Positions 36,521 through 45,667 of a stretch of 64,000 nucleotides of DNA are shown here, one piece after another. A program made the translations under genes and the position numbers. Position 1 is the first letter of the stretch. Each line of letters opens with the position of its first letter. The stretch comes from Candidatus Gottesmanbacteria bacterium RIFCSPLOWO2_01_FULL_43_11b (lineage in GTDB: Bacteria; Patescibacteriota; Microgenomatia; UBA10105; UBA927). The notes beneath the pieces were generated by a model. That model made no database searches. It worked only from the letters and a program-made list of their open reading frames with translations, and was not told the origin of the DNA. The stretch is taken from contig MFJV01000001.1 in NCBI GenBank assembly GCA_001780985.1, positions 158,980 through 222,979 of the forward strand, written 5' to 3'.

Positions 36521-38524
36521 TTATTTTATATCTTCTTTCTTCCATGCTGCAAATGTGCAGTTGGGGTAGTTTGAACAACCGTAAAATGTTTTGCCGCGGC
36601 GGGTCTTTTTAATCACAATATCTCCCCCATCCCTCGGGCATTTCATATCAATTTTTTCTGCAAATTGGCGCGTATATTTGCACGCTGGAAAGTTACTGCA
36701 GGCGATAAATTTCCCGTATCTTCCCACACGCAAAACGAGCTGATGACCGCAGTCCGGGCACTTTTCATCAAGTAATTCAACCGGCGTTTTTACTTTTTCT
36801 GCCTGATCGAAAGCTGCGTCAAGCTCTTTGGCAAAAGGCGTATAAAAATCTCTTATTACAGGCACCCACTCTACTTGCCCGTCGGCAATAGCGTCTAAGT
36901 TATCCTCCATAGTTGCGGTAAAGGGGATATCAATAATATTCGGAAAATATTTTATTAGGAAATCGTTGACCAAAAAGCCCAATTCAGTTGGTTTCAACTT
37001 TTTTCCCTGCCTGCCGGCAGGCAGGTCTTCCCGCACTATGTACTGGCGTTCCTGAATTGTTGAAATAACCGGCGCATAGGTAGAAGGGCGTCCGATCCCT
37101 TTTTCCTCAAGCGTTTTAATTAGCGAAGCCTCATTGTAGCGAGGGGGTGGATTTGTAAAATGTTGTTCTGGTATGGCTTGGTTAAATCCTATTTCTTGCC
37201 CCTGTGTAACCTCGGGAAGAACAACTTCCCCGTTATCTTTTCCGAGAATTTTCAAAAACCCCTCAAATTTTATAACCGATCCCTGGGCTTCAAAAAGATA
37301 CGTATTGCTACTTGTAATTTTTATCGTTGTGGAATCAAAAATCGCTTCAGCTGCCTGGCTTGCGAGCGCCCGTATCCAAATAAGCTCATAGAGTCTGATA
37401 TGGTCACGGTTAAGTTCTGCGCTGTCGATCGTAAGCTGAGCGCCTTGTACAGTTGCATCTGTGGGTCTAATTGCTTCGTGAGCCTCCTGGGCTGATTTTG
37501 ATTTTGTTTTGTATCGACGCGCCTCTGCCGGTACATACTCTTTGCCGTATTCTTTTTCTATATAATCCCGCGCTTCACTAATAAATTTCTCAGACAGGTT
37601 AAAACTGTCGGTTCTGTGGTAGCTTATCAAACCCTCTTCGTAGAGTTTTTGAGCAAGTTGCATTGTGCGTTTCGCAGAAAAGTATAATCTTCGGCCCGCA
37701 TCCTGCTGGAGTGTGCTTGTCGTATAGGGAGGGGCCGGAAACCGTCTCACTTCTTTTTTGTCTACTGAAGAGACGATATAGGGTGATTTTAAATCTTTGA
37801 TTATGGTATCTGCTGCGTTTTGGTCAGTTATTGTCGAGGAAGCCGTAGTATATTTTCCGTCAAAAAGATCAAATTCAAGATTTTTTTCATACAAAACACC
37901 CTCTTTGGAAACCAGGTGTGCATGAATTTCCCCGAATACCCCTTCAATTGTCCAGAACTCTTCTTTTTGAAATTTTTCTATTTCTCTTTCCCGCTCAACG
38001 ATAAACCGTACGGCGACTGATTGAACCCTTCCTGCTGAAAGCCAACGGCGGGAAAGTTTCTGCCAAAGGAGTGGGGACAATTTGTATCCAACAAGTCGAT
38101 CTAATATCCTTCTAGCCTGCTGCGCGTTTACGAGTTTTTGGTCAATTTCACGCGGATGCGTTAGCGCTTCGGCAATCGCGTGTTCCGTTATCTCATGGAA
38201 TACTATTCGAGTAAACTTCGACTTTTTTAGTGTGTCCGCAACGTGCCAGGCAATTGCCTCTCCCTCCCGATCCGGGTCGGTTGCAAGAATAATCGAATCT
38301 GCCTTCTTTGCTGCGTCTTTGAGTTCTTTGGCGCGCTTTGCTTTCGCACGCGGGGTGACATATCTGGGGGTAAAGTCATGATCGACATCAACCCCGAGTT
38401 CGGATTTCGGCAAATCACGAATATGCCCCATCGATGCTTCAATTCGATAATCTTTACCGAGAAATCTCGACAGAGTTTTAGCTTTTGTTGGTGATTCAAC
38501 AATAATGAGATGATAATTTTTCAT
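36521..38524 (-). CDS. topA: DNA topoisomerase I
   Basis: Toprim start LIIVESPTKAKT, active-site region SYHRTDS, and two C-terminal zinc ribbons. Contains the DLPAGRQ palindrome insert. Confidence 0.93.
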   Translation of the reverse strand: MKNYHLIIVESPTKAKTLSRFLGKDYRIEASMGHIRDLPKSELGVDVDHDFTPRYVTPRAKAKRAKELKDAAKKADSIILATDPDREGEAIAWHVADTLKKSKFTRIVFHEITEHAIAEALTHPREIDQKLVNAQQARRILDRLVGYKLSPLLWQKLSRRWLSAGRVQSVAVRFIVEREREIEKFQKEEFWTIEGVFGEIHAHLVSKEGVLYEKNLEFDLFDGKYTTASSTITDQNAADTIIKDLKSPYIVSSVDKKEVRRFPAPPYTTSTLQQDAGRRLYFSAKRTMQLAQKLYEEGLISYHRTDSFNLSEKFISEARDYIEKEYGKEYVPAEARRYKTKSKSAQEAHEAIRPTDATVQGAQLTIDSAELNRDHIRLYELIWIRALASQAAEAIFDSTTIKITSSNTYLFEAQGSVIKFEGFLKILGKDNGEVVLPEVTQGQEIGFNQAIPEQHFTNPPPRYNEASLIKTLEEKGIGRPSTYAPVISTIQERQYIVREDLPAGRQGKKLKPTELGFLVNDFLIKYFPNIIDIPFTATMEDNLDAIADGQVEWVPVIRDFYTPFAKELDAAFDQAEKVKTPVELLDEKCPDCGHQLVLRVGRYGKFIACSNFPACKYTRQFAEKIDMKCPRDGGDIVIKKTRRGKTFYGCSNYPNCTFAAWKKEDIK
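37006..37025. repeat. 20-bp perfect palindrome cctgcctgccggcaggcagg (copy 3, inside topA)
   Basis: Read directly from the sequence. Translated in-frame as DLPAGRQ, the same frame as in proS. Confidence 0.95.
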
Positions 38525-39144
38525 AATTCCTCAATAATGTCATCCGCGGATTCTACCAGTTTCGCACCGTTTTTCAAAAGTATGTTCGTTGCCTGACTCA
38601 TTTTACTTGTAATCGGACCCGGTACAGCAAACACCTCTCTCCCTTGCTCTGCTGCGTATTTTGCTGTAATGAGTGCTCCGCTATGATCTGATCCTTCAAT
38701 CACAACAACACCCAAAGATAATCCGCTAATAATTCTATTTCTGGTTACGAACTGTTCCTTACTGGTTCTGGTACCGGGCGGTATCTCAGAAACAACAACG
38801 CCATTGCCATTAACAATATTCCAGTACAACCTAGCATTACTTGGTGGAAAGATAATGTCAACCCCGCATCCTAAAACTGCAATTGTTTTTCCTCCTTTAT
38901 CAATTGCGCTTTGGTGAGCAATAGAGTCGACGCCAATAGCCATTCCCGATACAATCGTAAATCCCTTTTTAACTAAATCAGTTACAAGATGCTTTGTAAT
39001 TTTTCTCCCATACGGGGTCATTGTCCGCGTGCCAACAACCGCAATAGTTTTTTCAAGATTTACCGTGGCTAAATCCCCCTTCACGTACAACACATCCGGG
39101 GGATCAGAAATTTCGGCAAGTAACCGCGGGTAGGTAGTAACCAT
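38521..39144 (-). CDS. dprA: DNA-processing protein DprA (Rossmann core only)
   Basis: VGTRTMTPYG and GMAIGVDSIAHQ motifs. At 207 aa it is shorter than typical DprA. Confidence 0.8.
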   Translation of the reverse strand: MVTTYPRLLAEISDPPDVLYVKGDLATVNLEKTIAVVGTRTMTPYGRKITKHLVTDLVKKGFTIVSGMAIGVDSIAHQSAIDKGGKTIAVLGCGVDIIFPPSNARLYWNIVNGNGVVVSEIPPGTRTSKEQFVTRNRIISGLSLGVVVIEGSDHSGALITAKYAAEQGREVFAVPGPITSKMSQATNILLKNGAKLVESADDIIEEL

Positions 39145-39878
39145 TACGTCCCTAGCGTAGCATATTTGAGGTATTCGAGAATCATCTTGTAAAGTCTTTT
39201 TATATGGGGAGTAACATTTCCGGTCTGCTGCTTTGCAACTTCTCTGGTCAAATCAATCGCCTCCTTAATGTATGAAACGGTTCCCTCCTGGAAGGTCTGT
39301 TTTTCATATTTTGTGAGAATTGAGACAAAGGGCATATTCACGTACCGAACATCTCTTTTTTTAAAATAGTTATTGAGAAATAGTTCCACACCGTATCCTA
39401 AATGTTTAATCTCTCCTAAAATCGGAAGAAGGTCATCGCGTTTGATCGCGCGTTCTCCCCCGATTGGCTTTGCGAGATTCGGCCGCTTTTTATTTGTCTG
39501 TCGGACGCCAATTGTCATGACTGCCTGCTTTCGGATAACGGGAGCAATAAGTCGATCGAGATCGCGATGCGTGAGACCAATCAGATCCCCGTCGAGAAAG
39601 AGGACATACCTGGCTTTAGCTATCTTAACGCCTGCGACCATCGCAAACGCTTTCCCTTTATTTTTCTTATACGAAATAACCTGTACCGTTTTTCCGAACT
39701 GCTTTACTGAGGCAACCGTATCGTCCGTTGATCCGTCGTTCACCACAATAATTTCGGCGGCTTTCCCCCAGGTCCTCACAATCTCAACAACTCCCGGCAG
39801 GGTCCGCTCCTCATTGTAAACGGGAATTATTACTGATAGAGTTGGTGTGGTCATTTGGGAAAGTATACCATGATTCAA
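39144..39878 (-). CDS. family 2 glycosyltransferase
   Basis: LSVIIPVYNEE start and a DGD motif (FLDGDL). Confidence 0.8.
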   Translation of the reverse strand: MNHGILSQMTTPTLSVIIPVYNEERTLPGVVEIVRTWGKAAEIIVVNDGSTDDTVASVKQFGKTVQVISYKKNKGKAFAMVAGVKIAKARYVLFLDGDLIGLTHRDLDRLIAPVIRKQAVMTIGVRQTNKKRPNLAKPIGGERAIKRDDLLPILGEIKHLGYGVELFLNNYFKKRDVRYVNMPFVSILTKYEKQTFQEGTVSYIKEAIDLTREVAKQQTGNVTPHIKRLYKMILEYLKYATLGT

Positions 39879-40310
39879 AGAGACATTATTATTTTTGTTG
39901 TCATTCAGCTTGCCATGGCACTATTTGCCTTCGCTGAGGCGTACATGGAGGGTCCGAACGGGTGGAAATGGAATCCAAAGTGGTGGCGCATTAATCTGCC
40001 CGGTGGATTTACCCTCAATAGCTATCACGTCTTTGTTTTCGCAGGTGTGTTTCCTCTTCTCCTTTCTTTACCATTAATAGTCAACGGCTGGAACAACCAT
40101 CTGTTTCTCGTTCTTCTTTTATCCTATGTGGTAGGGTTAATAGTAGAAGATTTTCTCTGGTTTGTCGTTAATCCTGACTATCCATTTCGAAAATGGAATC
40201 CGAAAGAGACGCGCTGGTATCCGTGGGTGATAATCGGAAAATTTGCCATCCCCCTCCCCTACGTTTTTGTCCTATTTGTTTCCGGTCTACTCATCTCGCT
40301 TATTTTGTAA
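39855..40310 (+). CDS. hypothetical integral membrane protein
   Basis: 151 aa with 4 hydrophobic helices. Confidence 0.55.
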   Translation: MGKYTMIQRDIIIFVVIQLAMALFAFAEAYMEGPNGWKWNPKWWRINLPGGFTLNSYHVFVFAGVFPLLLSLPLIVNGWNNHLFLVLLLSYVVGLIVEDFLWFVVNPDYPFRKWNPKETRWYPWVIIGKFAIPLPYVFVLFVSGLLISLIL

Positions 40311-41437
40311 ACATCCATAAGTTGGCTCCAGGATACTTTGCTATCATACTTTTGTCTTGCCTCTTTCTGACCGTTTGATGCGAGAAACAAGCGTTTTTCT
40401 CTATCACTCATAAGTTCCAGGACGCGTTGTGCAAAAACTTTGGGTGAGTGCTTAAAAACAATTCGACCCGTAACTCCATCCTGTAAAAGATCGATGATCG
40501 ACGGGCCTTTGAGAGCAATCACGCATAGCCCTGCTGCCATCGCCTCAACAATCACCCGTCCGTATGTTTCGGTTTGTGACGCATAGACAAACGAATCTGC
40601 AACTGCGTATATGTCCGGAATTGTTTTTATATTCTCATTCGTTGCGAAGAGGACATTGTTTGCAAATTTATGTTTTCTCGCGTATTCTTTCAACTTCGTC
40701 TCTTCCAATCCGTTACCCGCGAGCAAAAGTTTGATCTTCGGTGCTTTCTTATGAATGTAGGAGAATGCTCGTACAAGAAAATAGATATTTTTCTCTCTTG
40801 CAAGCCTGCCAACATAGAGAAGCACCATATCATCTTTATCTATCCCCAATCTCTGTCGGGCAACTCTTCTGTTGCCACTGGCAAATTCAACGGTGTCAAT
40901 TCCGGGAGGAACGACAAAAATAGGCGTACGCACCCCTCCTTGTAAGAGTTCTTGTTTGAGTGTTTCATTGGCAGCAGTTACTGCATCACATTTATTTATA
41001 AAATTAACCATGATTTTTGTCACAAAATGAGAAAGTGCCGTACCTGAAACCCAGGGTAAATATGACCTAAAGTAATCTGAATAGCGTGTGTGGTAAGTAA
41101 AAACAACAGGAATATGAAATTTCTTTTTCATTTTCAATGCAAGTTTTCCGATATAAAAGGGGTGGTGAACATGAAAAAGTGTAATGTGACGTCTTCGAAT
41201 TTCATTTTCAATCGTCGTTTCCGGAAACATGGGTATGGTTATGCCGATTTTTTTATAAAGCGGTATGGCGGGATACTCTACAACATCGGGCTGGTTTGAC
41301 TTTTTCCAATCTGCCTGTGAAGTAAATACGGTCATGTCAACACCACTCTGTTTTGCCTGGCTTTTCCAGTCACCGATGGTAATAACTACCCCGTTAATAA
41401 TCGGATAGTAATAGTATGTAAATACGCCAACGTGCAT
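40259..41437 (-). CDS. GT4-family (group 1) glycosyltransferase
   Basis: GT-B C-terminal pattern: VGRLAREKN..., E..G....EAMAAG. Confidence 0.82.
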   Translation of the reverse strand: MHVGVFTYYYYPIINGVVITIGDWKSQAKQSGVDMTVFTSQADWKKSNQPDVVEYPAIPLYKKIGITIPMFPETTIENEIRRRHITLFHVHHPFYIGKLALKMKKKFHIPVVFTYHTRYSDYFRSYLPWVSGTALSHFVTKIMVNFINKCDAVTAANETLKQELLQGGVRTPIFVVPPGIDTVEFASGNRRVARQRLGIDKDDMVLLYVGRLAREKNIYFLVRAFSYIHKKAPKIKLLLAGNGLEETKLKEYARKHKFANNVLFATNENIKTIPDIYAVADSFVYASQTETYGRVIVEAMAAGLCVIALKGPSIIDLLQDGVTGRIVFKHSPKVFAQRVLELMSDREKRLFLASNGQKEARQKYDSKVSWSQLMDVYKISEMSRPETNRTKT

Positions 41438-41440
41438 TTT

Positions 41441-41500
41441 TTACCTCCCAAACCACGTTTCCAAAATTTTCTTCGCGATGGGAGCTGCGACATTAATTGT
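41441..41500 (-). repeat. diverged duplicate of the mrdA 3' end (encodes NVAAPIAKKILETWFGR*)
   Basis: About 80% nucleotide identity by hand alignment to 42236..42295. Most differences are synonymous. Its GGGAGG provides the Shine-Dalgarno sequence for the GT4 gene. Confidence 0.85.
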
Positions 41501-41514
41501 TTTTTTGCAGCACT

Positions 41515-41916
41515 TCAATCGCTTCTTTGGGTATCATTAATTTCCTTTGGTTTAAGGAATTTTTTTACTTTTTCCGTCATAAAATGCTTGCGGTCAAGAG
41601 TGACGAGAGCGTCACATGAGGCTTTTTTAGCTTCAGCAAGAATAATCGCGTCTTTTTCTACAATAATCCTTCTTGCCTTACTCATTGCCGTATGGTCGGG
41701 TTTTTGGTCAATAATGGAAAGTTTTTCTGCCAGAAGAAAAAATCGCTCGAGGTGATACGTTTGCAGTTTTTTTCGGACATTTCGTTCAACCTCTGTGAGC
41801 ACGACCTTGGAAGTGACAAGTTCTACGCCATGAAGAGTAAACAGTTTTGCCGACCCGCCTGTCGGAGAGTTCACTGCAGTAAAAAAGACGCTTGAGTCCA
41901 AAAACAGGCGTTTCAT
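41515..41916 (-). CDS. vapC: PIN-domain toxin (VapC-like)
   Basis: 133 aa. FLDSSVF N-terminal acidic motif and TLDRKHF C-terminal motif. Immediately follows the antitoxin gene. Confidence 0.75.
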   Translation of the reverse strand: MKRLFLDSSVFFTAVNSPTGGSAKLFTLHGVELVTSKVVLTEVERNVRKKLQTYHLERFFLLAEKLSIIDQKPDHTAMSKARRIIVEKDAIILAEAKKASCDALVTLDRKHFMTEKVKKFLKPKEINDTQRSD

Positions 41917-42174
41917 TTAGAGGACGTCGTTTTTCTCCCACTCGGCAATCTCTCGATCACTAAATATTCGCGTGAACGGAAGAAGTACGGGATCGATAAA
42001 CGTTTTTTTGTAGAGTTTGCTCAGGTCTTTTTGGAGTTTGGCAAGGTAAGCAACATCAACGAGCGCTGCTTTTGGCATGCCGCCCTTGGTGAGAATAATA
42101 TAATCATCACCCTGCACTTTATCAACAAGATCACCCAGTTTCCCTCGTGCTTTCGTGATAGGAAGAATATTCAT
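41917..42174 (-). CDS. Phd/YefM-family antitoxin
   Basis: 85 aa with ITKARGKLGDLVDKV..YIILTKGGMPKAALV, a Phd/YefM pattern. Confidence 0.75.
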   Translation of the reverse strand: MNILPITKARGKLGDLVDKVQGDDYIILTKGGMPKAALVDVAYLAKLQKDLSKLYKKTFIDPVLLPFTRIFSDREIAEWEKNDVL

Positions 42175-42235
42175 AGAAACAAAGCATACTATACGTTACA
42201 TATTTTGTCAAGTATTATGTAACAAATAATGTACA

Positions 42236-43942
42236 TTACCTCCCAAACCACGCTTCTAAAATCTTTTTTGCAATGGGGGCAGCAACATTACTTCCCTCGC
42301 CCGCACCCTCTACTAATACTGTAACAGAAATTTCGGGATCTTCTGCCGGAGCAAACGTTGTAAACCAGGCATGGGTTCGATTATTAGGATCACCGAATTC
42401 AGCTGTTCCGGTTTTACAGGCAACGGAAATTTGAAAATCAAATAATGGCCAACCGGTCCCGCCCGAAGTACATGCTTCCTTCATCCCTTGCGTAATAAGA
42501 TCGATCGTTTCTTTTTGAATATTTAAACCCTTACACTCACTTTTGAGCTTCCGTATCGTTGGCTTACACACAATACCTCCATTGGCAACAATATTTGTCC
42601 ATGTATTTACCTGTAGGGGGGTTGTAAGTAAATATCCTTGTCCGATTGCGACATGATACGTATCTCCCAGGTACCATTCGTTATTTCGTAACTCCCGATC
42701 TACTTCCGTATTAAATTGGAGATTCTTCCAGGAAGGATCCGGCATGAGACCGGCAGCTTCTCCGCTTATTTCTATTCCCAATGGTTTTCCTATACCGATG
42801 TTTCGTGCCCATGCAGCAAGTTTGGTTATCCCTAACCATTCTCCTGTTTTATAAAAGAAAATGTCATTACTCCGTTGAATTGCCTTGACAATATCTACCA
42901 TTCCCTCAGTTTTCCCGTACTCCCGAAAGTACCAATTGGGAAATGTGAACGGCGGGATGCGTATAACACCCGTATCTTCTACTTTTGTATCTTTATCTAT
43001 CGCCCCCTCTTCAAGAGCAGCGATTGCCGTGACTATCTTAAATGTAGACCCGGGAGGATACACACCGCCTATTGCACGGTTAAAAAGCGGCTCATCAGGA
43101 CTATTTAAAACTGTTTCTACGTGTTCGGGAACAAATGATGGGCTTGAGAAAAGAACAAGTATTTCGCCGGTCGATGGTTTGCTGACAACCACCGCGCCTT
43201 TTGAGCCTAAGGGAAATTCTTTGGCAACAATTTGCGCAAGTCCTGCGTCGACAGAGAGCGTGACATCTTCGCCCGGACTTGCCTCTTCTCCTCCCAAACT
43301 TCGTACTATATCACCGTTTGCTTCTATTTCTACTAATTCCCTCCCGTCACGACCGCGCAGCCGCTCTTCAAACGCTGATTCGGCACCCATTCTGCCGATA
43401 AATGAACCGGGAAGGTAGTTTCTGAGCACGTAGTAATCATCTGCGAATTCTTTTGGACTGAGTTCCCCCATGTAACCAAGGACGTGTGCGAGTGCTTCTC
43501 CATATGGATACTGGCGGATATATTCACTTTCCAAAAACCAACCCTTTGGGAGTCCTTCGTTGGAAAGCTGATCTCCTTCTTCCTGACTTATTCTCTCTGT
43601 ACATACCTCTCCTTCTCTACATAGTTTTGTGAGTATGTACCGGGGAATATTAACGGTCAGAGCTTTCCCCGTGCGATCAAGTAAGACCCCTCGTGCAGCA
43701 TGTCTGATAAGATCGCGTGTTCTATTGGTATCGGCAAGCAACCTGTATCTGTGTCCTTGTACGAGGGTCAGTTCAAATAATCGCCAAACGAGAATAAAAA
43801 AGGCAACAAGAAAAACTGTCGTAAAAAAGAGAGCACGGCCTTTTCCGAACCACCAGCTTACCTCTTCTTCTTTCACCACACGCCGTTTCACTTTTTCTTC
43901 AAGGATTAGGTTATCGGAAAAAGCTTTTCCAAGTTTCAACAT
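42236..43942 (-). CDS. mrdA: penicillin-binding protein 2 (class B transpeptidase)
   Basis: N-terminal TM, then STFK, SND and KTGT motifs. The neighbourhood includes mreB. Confidence 0.88.
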   Translation of the reverse strand: MLKLGKAFSDNLILEEKVKRRVVKEEEVSWWFGKGRALFFTTVFLVAFFILVWRLFELTLVQGHRYRLLADTNRTRDLIRHAARGVLLDRTGKALTVNIPRYILTKLCREGEVCTERISQEEGDQLSNEGLPKGWFLESEYIRQYPYGEALAHVLGYMGELSPKEFADDYYVLRNYLPGSFIGRMGAESAFEERLRGRDGRELVEIEANGDIVRSLGGEEASPGEDVTLSVDAGLAQIVAKEFPLGSKGAVVVSKPSTGEILVLFSSPSFVPEHVETVLNSPDEPLFNRAIGGVYPPGSTFKIVTAIAALEEGAIDKDTKVEDTGVIRIPPFTFPNWYFREYGKTEGMVDIVKAIQRSNDIFFYKTGEWLGITKLAAWARNIGIGKPLGIEISGEAAGLMPDPSWKNLQFNTEVDRELRNNEWYLGDTYHVAIGQGYLLTTPLQVNTWTNIVANGGIVCKPTIRKLKSECKGLNIQKETIDLITQGMKEACTSGGTGWPLFDFQISVACKTGTAEFGDPNNRTHAWFTTFAPAEDPEISVTVLVEGAGEGSNVAAPIAKKILEAWFGR

Positions 43943-43981
43943 TGTTCTCTTGATTAAAATAGCCTATAATAATAGAAAACT

Positions 43982-45121
43982 ATGAATCATGAATGCAGTC
44001 CGATGCACGAACAACCGGCCGAGTGGCTGGTCACCAGTCTCCCTAAAATAAGAAAAGTAAATTCGCTATTACCGAAAAACCTTCATTCTAATAATCTGCG
44101 TTCTTTCGAGCATGCTCGTCTTACCACGCTCGAAGAAAGTTGGCTTGACACGACTGGTATCCGGCCACAGGAAACCCATTGTACTATTATCATACCAGTC
44201 CACAATGAGCACCGTAGTCTCCCCTCGTTTTTACGTGCATTAATGGCTTCCCAAATTCCCTCGAGTGCGGATTTACACTTTGTATTTGTCGTAAATGGAT
44301 CTAATGATGATAGCGCTGCTATTATATACGACCGGTTATCTGACTTTCATTCTTTTGGTGACATCCGCTATACCGTTATGGAAACCGTAATCGCTGGCAA
44401 AGCAAATGCATTAAACATTGGAAACGACATCGCTCTAAAAAACCACCACACGATCGCAATGAACATTGATGCGAACAACTGGGTTGAACCCGATACAATA
44501 CCGTTGTTGTTTAAAAGAGCGCATCAAGAATTCAGCGATAATCCCGGTGATGTTGTTTTAGTAGATGCAAAGGCGATCTACGCGATCAAAAATAATACGC
44601 AGAGCCCCATTGATCGTTTCTGGTTTCGAGTAAAAGGTAATAACGTTCATACCCCACTTCTGACAGGATGGATGTATGCTTGGAATCCTGAGTGGATAAA
44701 TGAGGTGGGAGGATTCCCTTCCACGGTAACCGAAGACAGCGCTATAGCGATAGAAGCTCTCGCTCGAGGCCGACGTATTGTACATTCGTCGGCTCGAATC
44801 TGGGGATATATTTCTTCGACACTTGTTGATCGACAAAAAGAATTTACCAGGTATCTTCTCGGTGCAGTACAGCTTCTTCGCCACTTTGGTCGAACTTCGC
44901 TTCTACAAAACGCCATCAGTCCCGAGTATCCTCTTGATAAATCTATGTGGGAAACACTGCAATATTTTTTTGATGATTCTACACGTGGCAAAAACATCGC
45001 GCACTTTCCCTTGAGTCTCATAAAATGGATACGATATGAATATAGCCTTCTTATCGCTACATTGATACTTCGAAAAAAACCGGATATTCAAACGTGGGCT
45101 CCCATTAAATCGACGAAGTGA
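43982..45121 (+). CDS. family 2 glycosyltransferase-like protein
   Basis: TIIIPVHNEHRSLPSFL and a DAN/DxD-like region. Confidence 0.65.
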   Translation: MNHECSPMHEQPAEWLVTSLPKIRKVNSLLPKNLHSNNLRSFEHARLTTLEESWLDTTGIRPQETHCTIIIPVHNEHRSLPSFLRALMASQIPSSADLHFVFVVNGSNDDSAAIIYDRLSDFHSFGDIRYTVMETVIAGKANALNIGNDIALKNHHTIAMNIDANNWVEPDTIPLLFKRAHQEFSDNPGDVVLVDAKAIYAIKNNTQSPIDRFWFRVKGNNVHTPLLTGWMYAWNPEWINEVGGFPSTVTEDSAIAIEALARGRRIVHSSARIWGYISSTLVDRQKEFTRYLLGAVQLLRHFGRTSLLQNAISPEYPLDKSMWETLQYFFDDSTRGKNIAHFPLSLIKWIRYEYSLLIATLILRKKPDIQTWAPIKSTK

Positions 45122-45659
45122 ACATAACGAGCATCCACGAGTAGATTGCTCCCAAAATAACCTGCAATACCGTATGATTTTTCGTTTCCACCCTCGCCCA
45201 AGCAATTAATGGAATCATCAAAAATACCTGCCACCACCCAAACCACTGGGTTACAACTCCTGCTGCTAACGTCGCAATCCCCACGTGTCCTGAAATTTTA
45301 TACTTCAATGTGATGAGGAAAAATCCCAAGAACCAGATGAAAAAAAGTATAAAAAGATTGATGAGTATTTCATTATTCCATGTTCGGATAAGGAAGAAAT
45401 TTCCTATAGTAACAGCGAGAAGTACAAGAAGCGGGAGGATTCTTTTCTTCCGCTCACGAATGTCCCAATCGGTTTTTAGTCGGAGCATTATAAAGAATTT
45501 AAAAATGAAAATAGCGCCAAAAAAAATCGAAATATACAAAATATAGAAGGATAATTGTGAAGCAATGAGATTGCTCCGAAACCCCCCGATGATAGAAAGT
45601 GCATAAAGCACTAACATCGGCTCGAAAAGGCGGGAAATAAAAGACGCAAGAAAAACCAT
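45105..45659 (-). CDS. hypothetical integral membrane protein
   Basis: 184 aa with 5-6 hydrophobic helices. Lies immediately downstream of mreB. Confidence 0.55.
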   Translation of the reverse strand: MVFLASFISRLFEPMLVLYALSIIGGFRSNLIASQLSFYILYISIFFGAIFIFKFFIMLRLKTDWDIRERKKRILPLLVLLAVTIGNFFLIRTWNNEILINLFILFFIWFLGFFLITLKYKISGHVGIATLAAGVVTQWFGWWQVFLMIPLIAWARVETKNHTVLQVILGAIYSWMLVMFTSSI

Positions 45660-45667
45660 TGATTCTA

